Assembly: GCF_006345805.1 (NCBI RefSeq)
Contig: NC_042998.1
Location: 89,466,001-89,530,000 of the forward strand
Reading direction: 5' to 3'
DNA length: 64,000 nucleotides
DNA from: Octopus sinensis
Taxonomy: Eukaryota
The translations under genes and the position numbers were made by a program. Each line of letters begins with the position of its first letter. Positions within the stretch are counted from its first letter, which is position 1. Under the pieces are notes generated by a model. It had not been told where the DNA came from and did not search any database. It worked only from the letters and a program-made list of their open reading frames with translations. Positions 38,326 through 52,650 of this stretch are shown in pieces.

Positions 38326-40794
38326 ATGAGTTATTTTCTAACGTGGTAATGAGAAATTTGATAGAGGAGGGTCCCTTATTTATAGTTAAATTAAGCTACC
38401 ACGTAGAAGCTACCTAATTATGATTTATGCAACAATACACACGAGTGGCATGCTTATTGCACCATCCTCTCTTTTTACATGAATATCAACTCGCTTTGAT
38501 TATCCTCGCGCTATTTACAATATTTATTTGAAAAATGTATATTGACACATATATGTAACGTGCTGATATGTGTCCATCCAGAGAGGAAATAGTGATTAAT
38601 TTAAAAAATTTAAATACGAAAAATGTCATTTGAAATGTTACATTAGATAAGTTTTAAATGTCAAATATTATATACAACCAAAATATAGAAAGTCACTTTT
38701 AGTAGTAAACTTATTTGATGTTGGTACAATCCTAAGAACAAAAAATTTAAAGGTGAGAATAAAACATATGTGCACACATCTTTTCTATAAATTCACTATA
38801 ACTGACTAGAAGTTATTAAATATTCCAACTTGCAGACAGTTTAACTAATTTAGGTCAGGAACCGGATACAGAACTTCTTACCAAGGGAAATAAAGTTCTA
38901 GTGACTAGTTGTAGTAGGTCTATAAATAAGGAAACGACAAAATATTTAAATTACATGAAAGATAAACAGAATATAATGACAAGGAAGTTAAAATTAAATC
39001 TGTTTATAAGAGAGATTACTTTTCAACAACTATCTCTACATCTATAGTAAATGCTTATAATACAGGATTAGTGCAATGTTATCTCAAACGCTTTTGTAAT
39101 ACTTTTTCCCACTATTTAATTTAAAACAGTTTTCCATTAGAATTTCTTCATCGGGTTCCAAAAGTGTTGTTAGTTTGTTAGACTTATACCATTGTCGAAA
39201 TTGAAATGTGGAAGCTTAGCCCAATTCTTGGTGCTTGCAGAGCTATTGAGGAGGAACTAATTAACTAGTGTGATGAATGATAATACATTGTATTAAAGCT
39301 AAAAGGAGAAAGAGTAACCGGTAATAGTTTATTTTTAACAACAAATACGTTTTAAACCCTTTCTGAATGTGCGGCGCACATTGGGATGCAAGAGAATTTC
39401 AGTAGAATTTTGTTTTTACGTTTCATATTGCTGAACACTTAAAAGGAAAATACTAAGTACAAATTTATAATTTTTAAAAGTGGATATATTTTAAACTTTT
39501 AAAACTACATTGTATAATTCTTTTTTAAACTTTTAATACTTTTTATTTTAACCATTTAGGATTTAATACCACGGCTGCATATACTTATTCGTTTCCATTT
39601 TGGATAAATGACAAAGTGTCCATAAATTGTTTGCATGAGCAAACTTGACACCAGGATTTAAAATCTGATCAGTGTCGCAAAATAGACATACATTCTGGAA
39701 GATCTGATTTTGGAATGTAGTGAATACGAAAGCTTTCAGTTTCCTGTCAACGAAAACTCTCAACACTCATATTAATCTAAAAAATAATCAGGACATAAAT
39801 TACCACTGAAAATGGATTTTCTGATACTGATTTACGGAAATAGCTTTCTAATAACCGTTTTTAGCGTAACAATATATTATATTTATTGGAAAATATTTCA
39901 TGCTTGTTATTTATTTCCTGCCATTTTATCCTGCAACAATATGATTTCTCGAGAAATCTTTATTTTTAAAAGGAGAGGAGAAAGATAATTAAAACTGCAT
40001 AAATTTCTTCTCAGTCACAAATAACTTAAAGCCGATTTATTTGTGTAAATAAACCTCTCTTAGGTATACGTAATCATAAGAAAAGTTTTCAATAGGCATC
40101 TAAAATTATTTGTATGCTAAAATGTGCGACACTGAGTTTCGCTAAAATTATTGTGTGTTTGTTTATATGCGATACCAAATATAAGACATTAGTAGAAAAG
40201 TAAATCCAATTGGTCAAAGAAATTCCTTGCAAGAATCTCTTTTCCATTTTGCCATCTTTCAAAATTTATTTGGTTTTTGCTTACCTTAAATACAACACTA
40301 AACATTAACAGTTTCATGTAGTTATGTTCATTTATAAGAAATATCTACGATCTCTGAGCAACAGAGTTATCTGATAATTCAAAATTATAATTTGAAAAGT
40401 ATGTCATTAAAGCAAAAGATAAATAATATATGTGAGTTTTCTTTATTTTAATTCGCGAAATTTTTCAGTGAAAATTTTTCTTTGGATTATAGATGTTTAT
40501 ATCCGCTTGAAAGATGATTTCTGCCACAGTCTACGTTTTCTGCTTTCGGTCGCAGGTGCTATATCGGGGTTCTTATGCGTTATTTGGCCTCAGGCTGGAA
40601 CGGTTCGATAAGTCTACATTCAAAAGCATACCAGTCGTGACCGTCAAATCGTTTTGGGAACTACGTTATTCTGTGTATTTCCCCCATTTTTCTCTTTTTC
40701 TATTTACATTTATTTGAAATAATGATTGAAAGATTCCACCAATACTCTATATAAATGTATCAGTATATTATCAGAGTAGTGTACAAATATAGGG

Positions 40795-40953
40795 TTGGGT
40801 TGGCTGTATGGTTAAGACCGCTTTGTAGGCACTTAATTTCGGGTTCAGGCCCACTGCGTGATACCTTGGGCTTAAGTCTTTCACTAAAGCCACAGGCTGC
40901 CCGACTAATGCCTTGTAAATGAATTTCATAGAGAGAAACTGTGTGGAAGCCTA

Positions 40954-40960
<7 letters not shown>
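40795..40960 (+). mobile_element. Family-A SINE tRNA-like head, decayed
   Basis: GGCTGTATGGTTAAG...GGGTTCAGGCCCACTGCGTGATACCTTGGGC...(TA)n. Confidence 0.7.
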
Positions 40961-40996
<36 letters not shown>

Positions 40997-41729
40997 GTTT
41001 CCACGTATTTTGACTAAATCTCAGTCATACAAAATGTCCTATGACAGTTCAGCATTCCTTTTAGTCTATAACAACTGTTGATTCTTAGATTTCAAACCCT
41101 AAGATGTGACATAATATATGGGTTAATAATTAAAAACTGTTGCTCTCTCATTCAATTTTGGCCTCATTCTCAAGTACGTTGGTTGCATATGCATCATTAA
41201 TTACTTTTATATGGAATACAGTGTGTCACCTGCTCAAGCTTCTCCGAGGTCGCATAGTAAAACATCAAATTCCAAGTGTTTCCTTACCTCGCTACATCCC
41301 ACTTCTGAAGAAATTTTCGGTAAACTATAAGTCTTATCTGAGAAAAAACCCACGACATTGAAAAGCTTCCTGAACCAATATTAATTCTAAGTTGATGCTT
41401 CTGGTTCTGTGAAAGCTTTCAACTAATAATAAAATATATTTAATTTCGATGTCAAGGGAACGGATTTCCTGTAAAGTCAATCATACTTATCCTGTATTTT
41501 TTACCCCAGTACTGTTACAACAAGTGCCCTATAGAACATTACGTTCGTTTGAGTTATATCATTCAGAATGTGTCGTAATTCTGGTTACTTCTGTTTTGCT
41601 GAATAATATGTTTCATTATTTAAGAATGTATATAGGAGTTAAGAAAAACACAAGCTTGCATTTCTTACCTTATAGAACAAAATATAAGTATACACGTATA
41701 TGTAGACATATTCAAATGGGTGCGAATAT

Positions 41730-41751
41730 AATTATACACACACACATATAC

Positions 41752-41782
<31 letters not shown>

Positions 41783-41834
41783 TGTATGTGTGTATGTATG
41801 TATGTATGTATGTAAGTATGTATGTATGTATACG

Positions 41835-41877
<43 letters not shown>

Positions 41878-42250
41878 ATGAGTAGTGAGTGTATGTATGT
41901 ACGTATATATACACATGCATATATGCTGTTTATGTATACAAGCAAACATATACGTGCCTTTTGTGCGTGGGTGCATGGATGTATAATAGACTCTGTGTGT
42001 GTTTGTGTGTGCGTATATGTGTGAGCATACATATACATAAATACATATGTATAAATGCATGCGTATATATCCGTATGTGCGTGTGTGTATATATATATTT
42101 GTGTGTGCATATATATTATTATGTATATATTGTATGTATATATATTATTACATACATATGTGAAGAGTGTATGTGGATATCTATATGTAGCCACGTACTC
42201 ACATAGATACTTATCATCACAGGATGTACTTTACACAGGGTGTGTGTTTT
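41730..42250. repeat. Mixed (TATG)n/(TA)n/(TG)n tract
   Basis: Direct reading of the sequence. Confidence 0.9.
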
Positions 42251-42569
42251 GACATTTATATTAATTATTTAAATCTTTGGTTGTCTCTAGTAAAAGAGCA
42301 GAAATATGAAGCGTTTTTGAGAGTTAATAATGAACGACGCTTGCTCAACATAAATCCGACAAAATATTTATGATTTGGAAGTGGAATAAACGGTAAATAG
42401 TATTTTATGGCATCACATTCATCTTGTAGGAAGCCAAAATTACTCGCTTTTCATGGATATTGCAAACACAGCTTCCGGAGTCAAATATTTAAAGTTAACA
42501 GCATTTTGCTACTAGTTTGATATTTACAACTTTTATGAATTTAATCAATACAGGCCTACAGTAGAAAAT

Positions 42570-42575
42570 TATTAC

Positions 42576-42637
<62 letters not shown>

Positions 42638-42640
42638 GGT
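42570..42640. repeat. (TTA)n microsatellite
   Basis: Direct reading of the sequence. Confidence 0.95.
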
Positions 42641-42860
42641 TTATCATTTTGAAAATCTTATTTTCAAATAATCTGTACATAAAGTTATGAGTTTTAATAC
42701 AGCTGATGGTAAATTTGCCTTTCATTTCAGAATCAGTGACGTTTGGTCGACTGCAATCTCAAAATCTGTGGCCATTTTCTATATTTAGATAAACATCGTT
42801 GTGCAGATTTTTGCTTCAATTAAGTTCAGTGCACAACCAATTCCTGTATGGTGATTGCTA

Positions 42861-44114
42861 TTAGGTTGTCAAAAAAGTTCTTGCGGAATTTTGGTTTTAA
42901 ATGATGTATTTTCAAATTGATTTTCGTTAAATTACTTTAAATGTATATATTATTTTATAGCCCATCTTTCGCTCTATCTAATCATGTTACTCTTTTTTAC
43001 TTTTGAATAATTAGGCCATTTTTTCCGGAACGTTGAATACAACATGGACAAAAAGCAAATTCGCACAATTTTCTTATTCCAGTTCAAGCTAGGCCAAAAA
43101 CATGCTGAAACACCTCGTGATATCAACGATGCGTTTGTCTCAGGAACTACTGATGAACGTACAGCACAATGGTGGTTCAAGAAATTTCGTAGCGGTGACG
43201 AGAGTCTTGAAGATGATAAGCGTAGTGGTCGGCCATCGGATGTTGACAGCGATCAACTAAGAGCCTTAGCCGAAACCAATCCATGCACAACTGTTCGAAA
43301 GCTTACTTCTGGATTAGACGTAACGTATACAACTTCCAACCACTTGAAAGAGAGTGGAAAAACAAAAATACTTGAGAAATGGGTGACGCACGAATTGAAC
43401 AACAACCCCAAAAACGCCGATTTCAAGTGTCGTCTTCCCTTCTCGACCGGATTGTCACTTGCAAGAAAAAGTGGATTCTTTACAACAACCGGCGACGCTC
43501 AGTTCAGTAGTTGGACGCCGACGAGGCTCCACAGCACTTCCCGATGCCAAAGTTGCACCAAAAGAAGATCATGGTGATTGTTTGGTGGTCTGCGGACGGT
43601 CTCATCCATCACAGCTTTTTGGATCCAGGCGAAACCATTACGGCGGAGAAGTACCGTCAGCAAATGGATGAAATGTATAACAAACTCCGGCAACAACAGC
43701 CAGCATTGGTCAATAGAAAAGGACCAATTCTTCTCCACAACAACGCTCGGCCGCACGTCACACAACTGACCCTGCAGAAGTTGAACGAATTGGGCTACGA
43801 AACTCTGCCTCATCCGACATACTCACCAGACCTCTCGCCTACCAACTACCACTTTTTAAAGCAAGCATCTCGCCAACTTCCTGCATGAGAAATGCATCAA
43901 AAACCAAGACAATGCAAAACACGCCTTCAACGACTCTATCGCCACCAGAACGCAAGATTTTTACGCTATTGGTATAAATAAACTTTGTTTCGCGTTGGTA
44001 AAAGTGTGTTGATTCTGATGGTGTTTATTTCGATTAATAAAGTTTTGCGTGAACCGAGATATGTGCACCTGAATTTAAAGGTTAAAAACCGCAAGAACTT
44101 TCTTGACAGCCTAA
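42861..44114 (+). mobile_element. Full-span (1254 bp) mariner, cecropia subfamily, Hsmar1-like; TIRs and TA TSD present, transposase disrupted
   Basis: TIRs TTAGGTTGTCAAAAAAGTTCTTGCGG and CCGCAAGAACTTTCTTGACAGCCTAA, with TA on both sides. Protein MDKKQIRTIFLFQFKLG...QWWFKKFRSGDESLED..RSGRPS, WVTHEL, VWWSADG, HNNARPH, YSPDLSPTNYHF; frameshifts and small deletions. Confidence 0.97.
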
Positions 44115-44874
44115 TATAATTTCATTTCAGTTAAGACATTATGCGCTTAGGGAAACCTCATGAATATCACATAATCTTGTTTCGCATCACCTCTACATTT
44201 ATCATTTGAATTATGAACTAGTTTGGAGCTTTATCAAGGTATTGGTGCCAATTGAGAATGTTTCATCTTCCTCTAACTTCATATTAACAGAACTCCATTG
44301 TGGGTATTAGTCCATAAACATAAGAATGATAATTAATGATGTTATGTACTTAAGATGAGAGGATTAGTACGTTTTCTTACATATTCAAAATGAATATCCA
44401 AAGTGAGTGTGAGTGACTGTGTGTGTGTGTGTTTGTGTGAGTGTGTGGGGAGGAGAAAGAGAGAAAGAGACAGAGTGAGAGAGAAAGGGAGAATGAGAGA
44501 GAAAGATTGAGTGAGAGAGAGTGTGTATGTGTGTATTAATTAACAAATGAATAAGAGGAATCTCATAATAAACTTCATTAGCTTACATTTGCAATAACAA
44601 CTAATGAAAGTGATAACGTAATTCCTGTTCTTTTGTCATTCGTTACTGTTATGCTTTGTTCCAACTTGGTGGTTCCTATAAAAGTCAGGAGCGAAGAGCG
44701 TCACACAATTCACATCACTTCATGGCGACATTAAACATTACCAATACTATGAAGTATAAATATCTTGAGTCATAAAACTGATAAACAAAAGACACATATA
44801 TACATATAATATAATATATGCGTGTCAGAGTGTGTGTGTATGAGCGTGTGCGTGCGCGTGCGCGTGTGCGGCTA

Positions 44875-44918
<44 letters not shown>

Positions 44919-44987
44919 CGTGCGTGTGTTTATATATATATATATATATATATATTCATGTATATATATGTTATACAGATATATATA

Positions 44988-45145
44988 CACGACAGGCTTT
45001 TTCAGTTTCTGTCTACGAGATCCACTGACAAGGCTTTGGTCGATCCGAATCAATAGTAGAAAACTCTTGCCCAAGGTGTCTCGAAGTGCGACTGAACCCA
45101 ACCGCAATTATGTGCTTGGGAAGCAAATTTCTTAACACTTGGCCA
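44988..45145 (-). mobile_element. Family-A SINE head
   Basis: ACAAGGCTTTGGTCGATCCGA...CTTGCCCAAGGTGTC...ACTGAACCC is the reverse complement of the family-A tRNA-like head. Confidence 0.8.
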
Positions 45146-46809
45146 CCTCTTTCATTGTATGCACACATACATACATACATACATACATACATACATACAT
45201 ACATACATACATACATACATACATACATACATACATAGTTAATTATTTGCACGTTACTGGTAGTAAAATAAATAATTACAAATTGCTGGAGTCGACAATA
45301 TCCATGTCGCAAAATACATAGCTTCATGTCTATATCAGAAACCACCATTATTGTTACTATTTTCACTATCATCATCTTTGCTGCTGTCGTTATCATAGTC
45401 ATTAATGATGTTTTATCACTAAAATCATGACCATTATTACTGAGAGCTTCGAAAGATACTCATAATTTTCCGAATTATAAGTGTGAGGTATTATACCTAA
45501 TAAAAAATCACAATTTGTATGAATAATCCAAATTGTTCAGTCAGGTCGTATGCCTTAATATAAAGAGTAACTAAATCTTAAAAACTCACCCTGCTTGTTT
45601 GAAACAAAAATGGGAAGGGCATACAAGAAATATAAAAAAACACAGTTTCAGTCAACATCAGTGATTCTCTATAGCCGTTTTCTTTGTAGGAAGTAACATA
45701 ACGCCTTCAAAATACACCCTGCTGTCTTTAAGCGAAGGACACATAAATAAAGCAATTGTAAGGTGTTTGAGTTAACGTAGGTGCTTCTGCATAATCGTTT
45801 CACCTGCTAGAAGTAACAAATCTCCTTCACAAAAATCTGTATTTTCTTTATGGCGAAGGACACATATATTTTTGTAGCTATCCCTAAAAGAGGAGCAACT
45901 CCAGAGGTGGAATACCTTTGATCTGAAGTAAACTCCGCGAAGGTTGACCAATAGGTTAAGCAACAGCTACAACAGCTATTAAAACTTGTTTTCTTTTTAT
46001 TAATCTAACAATAATTCGGCACGATGAAAGTCTATATTATTCCTGTAATATTTCATCTCGCTACCCACTGACCTATAATTTCAGTTCATGTTTGCTGAGC
46101 CAGTCAGTCTCCATTCTCATCATTTCTTTCCTTTCGTATCTGATCATTTATGTATAAGCGCCTCACATAGACATCTTGTCCCTGATATAAGTTATTCTCC
46201 AGTCTCCGTCCGTTTTTAAGACATATCTAACCTTGAACTTCATCGCCATCTTGTTTGTTTTTATAATTTACCCGATTACTGTAGAATCTTTAAGGCATGA
46301 AAGATAATGTTAATGCTAAACCGATACTATAGCTATTTTATAAAGAAATCCTTAAAACACATCCACTTCCTACATATGGCAAAAAATATAGCTGTGGGCA
46401 ATATGAACATTTGTCCCTCGTTTCCTTCTACCCTTTCTCTTTCTCCATCCTTTTCCTTTATGTCTCTCCTCCCTCTCCATCCTTACCCTTTTTCTCTCCT
46501 CAACTTCCTCACCCCTTCACTTAAACTGTAGTTCTTTTTACCCTGTCATTTTCTCTCTGTCCGTCTTTCTTAAATCTTTTATGTGTGACTGCGTCCATTT
46601 TTATTTGTTTCTCTGTCTTTTCATCTCTCTTCATATTATTCGTTCTCTTTCACGCCTTTTGCTCCCTTCTCATTACATACGTGTATATGCGTGTGTGTTC
46701 CAACGTTTGTAGACATATATATATATATTTATGTGTGTGTGTGCATATGACTTCCTCTCTCTTTCCATTTATATAAATACACACACATACGTAGATATAT
46801 GTATGTGTG

Positions 46810-46847
<38 letters not shown>

Positions 46848-47149
46848 TACTCATATATACAATACATGCATGCGTTATATGTATGCGAAAATGAGCGAAA
46901 GGAATATAGAGTGGATAAGTGTGTGTATGTGTGTGTGTTTTTGTGTGTATGTGTGTGACGTGCGTGTACATATGTTTGTGATTTTTTTATTGTTTAAGTT
47001 TGGAGTGAGAGGTTGTGCCCATAGCTTTCACAGTCCCTTCGAGACTTATTGTTTCGGGACAGATTAAAGCTCTACTCGAATGCATGCATTTTGATAACTG
47101 CACAATAAAAAGAAAGAAAGAAAGAAAGAAAGAAAGAAGAAAGAAAGAA

Positions 47150-47700
47150 AGAAAGAAATACATTTACTGAATGGAGGGACAAGATTTAGAATTTAGAGCC
47201 GGAGTGGAGGAACATTATGTGCGACAAGAGGAATATAGCCATGGGAACGTGTTGTGTCTTATAGGAGATGACTTGAAACGAGCCAGCTGTGTGAAGCAAC
47301 GTATTATTGGTAGAAAAGGCAAAGAAATGAAACATGGGGAGACCAGAATTTGAACTATTTCATGTCAATCAGTTGCAATTTCTGGATGAGTAATAATTGT
47401 ACCATATTACATGTGGGATCAGTACTCTGTTGTGGATCTCATCTGAGATTTGTCGAGTGATTAGTAGTTGTTGGGTGGTGGCAAATTTTCGAGGTCTCCA
47501 TAGAAAAGCCAGCCTTTGCGATACAGTATCTTTAATGCTAAAAAGAGTATTCATTGAAAGGGTTTTGTTTCCTCTGTTTTGTTGTTGTTGATGTGTAGTG
47601 AATGCGTCTTTCTGCTGTTGAAGGAATAGGGGTTGGTATGACTCCTCTACAGTAGGTTTTTAATATCTGTTAATGAAACTACAGCTGGATTAGTGTGAGT
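47150..47700 (-). mobile_element. Probable Penelope-like retroelement remnant (RT thumb to GIY-YIG linker)
   Basis: Frameshifted minus-strand peptides SHTNPIPSTAERRIHYTS, NRVLIPHVIWYN...LPIIRCF and NTFPW...SKSCPSI loosely match Penelope HTK..IP...RRIC.I.S / P.V.TY.P / G.FPC....CK.CP.I. Confidence 0.35.
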
Positions 47701-48514
47701 TTTCTAAATTGCACGTAGGTAACACTTATCCTTTTCTTATAATTCCTCGTTTTCTCTGCCCAGTGGCCGAAGCCTCGACTCTGAGTCCAAGTCACACACT
47801 AAATGCCCTACTCTTAACTTGATATCAATGTTATCTGATTCGTAAACGAGCTATTGAGCACACCTCCAACATTCTGTCAATCATGCAACCGCCTACAGAA
47901 CGTTATTCGGTACCAAAAACAATATCCACTCCACCACCCGATCTCTCAGAGACAGAACTTCTGCTTCATTTGCCAGACCCGGCTTCCGCTCCTACATTTC
48001 TTGAAATCCCACTCTCTTCCTTTAGACGTTGCCGCCTAGTCAGCAGTTCATTCGCTCTTAGTCATACACAATTTGAGACATCCACCTGTTCTCGTGCTCG
48101 TGTTACAACACTCGCCCTTTAATTTCCGAAATAACAATTCTACTTAGCCTTAAGTCCACAATCTATGTTCTCGACCTCTTTTCCTCTGCCTCCATCAATC
48201 TGTACACTGTATTAAATACAAAATATGCAATGCACTGTATATAAACACATTTATTACGTTTTATGCAAACTATTTTCGTGTATATCAGTATGGTATTGTT
48301 ACATCTCAAAAACAAAAAAATAATTAATCTGGGCACATCCACTACTACAGAATTAAGAATGGGCTACATTTCCTCTCATTCTTCTCTCCTGATATACATG
48401 GACGAACATACACAAACTACTGAATTATTCCATGTATAAGCCTACACGCTCACAGGGACATCTTCATTAATATACCCTCATATTCTCTAACACACTACAC
48501 GCGCGCGCACGCAC

Positions 48515-48574
<60 letters not shown>

Positions 48575-50399
48575 CCGATTGTACTGCGTATGTATATTTC
48601 TATACACACATCTAACATTTCAGACCACCATCTACCTTTACTCTCTTTGACTCGGGAACTACGTTCTTCCAACCTAAGAATTCCGGTCCCTGCTACTGAA
48701 TATATTTTACATGAAACGCATAAAATTCTCTTTTCTTTTCCACGTGAAAGGGCTTAAGACCGAAAGAGCAGACCGTTTTCCTTCCTCACATAATGACATC
48801 TTTATAATCTAGCGACTACACGTCCTCTTACTCTTCATACTAAGTATACTTCAAATAATACTAGCATCGTCTAACGTTTCCTCGTTCAACAGCACAATGA
48901 CATAATTACTGTACATATCAAGGAACTATTCTTATACTCACTAATCATTAGCCATGGATTACATATAACTGCAATCGCCAATGTTGCTAACATATTTGAA
49001 TCACAAGCGCAAATTGTCTCATCTGACTATTTCACATCCCCATCATGGTCAAAAACAACTCTCAGATACTGGCCTTTCTATTTATAGCTGGAACGTACTT
49101 CAGCTTCCGATAGTTGTAAACTTTCGACAAGGTTCAAGTGAAGCTCACAATAAAATACTTCTCCCAAATTTAGGACGAGGCAACTGCTACTGAACACACA
49201 GATATAGTTGTCCAGGTAGCCTAGACACTCGGCTAATTTATGCGAATTCACCTTCGAACAAGCATCAATCTCTTGGTAGTTGGCTCACGCTGTTTTTTTA
49301 TCACTTCAAAAGTAATCTCTTCCCCGAAATTGAATGGTTTCACACCACTCCCATATAGGCTGAGTCCATAAATATATATCTCTTTTATTCTTGTCATCCA
49401 TCATGCGTCTATTCCCTACTCCTCGCACTAATCGCTTTTTCCAAACTTTTCTTTCCATGACATCAAACCTCTGGAATTTCCTCCTTGTACGTGTATTTCA
49501 AATTGGGCACCATCACTTCCTCTGACATCAACAATATGCTACGTTTTCTTTAATCCCACCCCTACTGACACCATGCACATGTATATGTGCTCATTACTGG
49601 TTCATTCTACGTATAAGCTTTCATATACTGTAATGTGCTTACTCATAATTGTCCCAAACTGATTGTGAATAGAATGAGCACAACTCTTTTTACTAGACTG
49701 AGAAAAAAAATGAATGAAAGTTTGATATAGAGAAAGAAAGAAAGAAAGAAAGAAAAAAAGAAAGAAAAAATATAGAATACGAGGGAGCGGGGCGTTAAAA
49801 ATGACCTTTTTGACGATAGATGGAAATAATCTGTCAATCAGTTAAAATGTATAGAAATAAAAACAAATATTTTAGAGTTCTGGAATGTGTAATGGTTGGC
49901 AATAAAGCTGACAGAGTCTAGATTATATTTCTACAGAGATTTTTGTCTTGACAATTCTATCGCTTATCGAAGATCCAGTTTTTCTTTTGTCTTCTTGATT
50001 GATGACAATTCTGAAATAGCTACGGAAGAAACAGCGAACAAAAGACATGTTGTCACTCGACGATTATAAATTAGATTTTCAGACTTTAAAATCTCTTTTT
50101 AACTTTGATGTATGTTTACACACATGTACATATATCTCCGTATACAATGTATACTTACTTAACTGCAAATAAAGAAAAAAATGAGTCACGAAATTAGGAA
50201 ACATTCAGTAGAAATTTTATCATTTGTCGTTAAATAATCAGAATCTTATTTTCCTATCTCAACAATCTGTTTCACTCTCTTGATCTCTCAAATCTCTGTC
50301 TTCCCATGTCTCGCTTTCTCTCTAACTATTTATCTCAGAGTCTACATGCGTGTGTCTGTATACGCATATTTATCTGTTTGCCTGTCAGCTTACATACAT

Positions 50400-50513
50400 C
50401 CACGCACACGCACACACATACATGTGTGCGTGTGTGTGTGTGTATATATATATAATATATAAGCATAAATATATATGCCTATATATATATATATATATAC
50501 TCATATACATATG

Positions 50514-50594
<81 letters not shown>

Positions 50595-50607
50595 CATATA
50601 TATATAT

Positions 50608-50665
<58 letters not shown>

Positions 50666-50760
50666 AGCAGGCACACTCATACGTATATATGCATGTATAT
50701 ATACTACTTATATGCATATATTATTTGTATGTATGAGAGAAAGAGAGGGTGAGAGAGAAC
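50400..50760. repeat. Long (TA)n-rich tract
   Basis: Direct reading of the sequence. Confidence 0.95.
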
Positions 50761-51670
50761 AGAGAGGAGTATAAAAACAGTGAACAATTCCGTAGAACAA
50801 CATAGATTTATCACAATTCAGTCAAAAATTTACTTCTCTGTTATTACTTTTACGTCTATAGCTATTTAAATCTTCAATTTATCTTTGTATTTATCTATTT
50901 AACCAACAAACTTATGTTTATTAATAGGCTACACTGCCACGCTATATTTATAGTCATTCGACAATAAAGATCTTAACTAGTTATATAGCAACTGACTGAC
51001 TGCAGTGGCATATACAGAATCGTTTTCAGTGCGGTTGCATACATAGCCTTCTTGGTATTTAGGGAGTTTTGATAGTCAGCCTGCAGACTTTATTTCAATT
51101 ATACTGTCATGACGTAGATATTAGAAACAAGGTTTTCTTTCGTTATAGATGAGTCGCTTACTGAAAGAATGTTATGAAGAAAATGTTTATTTATTGTATA
51201 AGTGTAGAGTTTAAAATTTTCCAGAAAGGTATGAAGCTCATGCCGACTGATTAAATTACCCTTATAAATGTATCTTGTATATGTATCAGAAATCAAATCT
51301 GCTAGACTTTAAGGTGAGCAGCAAAATGTTCTGCTCTAAGTTAATGTCAAGTCAAGCTTGCAACTGTTTTCTATTCCTGGTATCAACCATTTTAGTTCAT
51401 TTGCATACATTAACTTTCACAACAGAGGATCTTATCCCTCACCCTCTTAAAATCTGAGACATCGAATTCAGTGCCAGCTTGTTTGCAGACATAGCTAGAA
51501 ACAGATGGGACACAACATACCATCCTTATTACAAGAGATTACTACGTTTTTCATTTAACTATATGAAAGGGAGCAGAGGCACTACTGCAATGAACGTAAA
51601 AGTCTATATCACGCCATAAAGACTGTAATCACGCCATAAACTTTGAAAGGCAGTAAAAAAATATTTTCGC

Positions 51671-51797
51671 TATGTACCCAAATAACATTTATTATGTACC
51701 CAAATAACATTTACTATGTACCCAAATAACATTTACTATGTACCCAAATAACATTTACTATATACCCAAATAACATTCGCTATGTACCCAAATTACA
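51671..51797. repeat. 22-bp minisatellite, about 5.7 copies (TATGTACCCAAATAACATTTAC)
   Basis: Units start at 51671, 51693, 51715, 51737, 51759 and 51781; no spacers. Confidence 0.95.
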
Positions 51798-52069
51798 GTC
51801 TATGATAAAAACTTGTTAGGGCTAAAACAAGCTTTAAATTGTGTAGTGGAAAAATTCATAGAGTATTGAATCAAATATATAGTTTCGGTCGCTCATTTTT
51901 TCAACAATAACCTGTTTAATCATTCGGTTTTCATTAATCTCAAAGAAATTTATTAAACAAACTGCAATGTTTTTGATATTTCCTTATATCCATTAATGAG
52001 TGGAGTGCTTTACTGAATTGCAATTTCAGTATTGAGTCAGTGAAGTGAACTCGGTATAGTCACTCAGCC

Positions 52070-52200
52070 TGCTAATAATTTAGGCAAGTATAAGGCTAGT
52101 AATTTTGAGGGGAAGGGTAGATCAATAGCATTAACCTCAGTATTTAATTGGTACATTGTTTCATCGACCCTGAAAAGACGAAAGTTGAACTCGGTAAGAT
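52070..52200 (-). mobile_element. Family-B SINE tail fragment
   Basis: AGTAATTTTGAGGGGAAGG...TTCATCGACCCTGAAAAGACGAAAG..GAACTCGG. Confidence 0.65.
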
Positions 52201-52224
52201 TTCAACCATTTCCTTTTACGTTTA

Positions 52225-52650
52225 TCTTAGGTCCTCTGTCGGTTCACTCGGATAGAAGATTCCATCTTGCTATTCTTTCCTGCGACATTCTAATCCCTTA
52301 TCCGTAGCACCGAGCTGAGACTTCTCAGAGGGGCCTGGAGACCTCCTTGATATCAGAGACACGAACCCTGTCGAGTAACATTACTCCAGACACCATTCGG
52401 AAGGTCTCCATTTCGGTTGCTCGTATTCGCGATCGTTCCTTATCAGTCATTGCCCAACATTCACAATGATAGGCGAGGATAAGCACGATAATCAGAGAGA
52501 AGATAGGAAGCTTGGTTTTTTACCAGTCTCTCCGTTTCTGAGGATCACGCAATTCTAACATACAAATCCACCTCCTGCTTCCCATCGCTCGTAAATACGG
52601 TTCCAAGATACCTAAACCTATTTGCCTTAACTGTGTCCATTTTTGCAGGT
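52225..52650 (-). mobile_element. RTE-clade LINE fragment (post-RT region)
   Basis: FRYLGTVFTSDGKQEVDLYVRI, YHCECWAMTDKERSRIRATEMETFRMVSGVMLLDRVRVSDIKE. Confidence 0.8.

Noticed and set aside
39685-39736. 52-nt minus-strand exon candidate (GACAG|...|GTATGT)
   Set aside because: Two frames are open, no homology recognised, and no phase-compatible neighbour is supported.
43044-43888. SETMAR or domesticated transposase gene
   Set aside because: No SET domain, frameshifts and stops, flanked by TIRs and TA duplication: a dead mariner copy.
47780-49620. Pyrimidine-rich unique-looking sequence suggestive of an ancient retroelement
   Set aside because: No recognisable RT or endonuclease motif in any frame by eye.
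51671-51797. CRISPR-like direct repeats
   Set aside because: Repeats are contiguous with no unique spacers, no cas genes are present and the DNA is eukaryotic.
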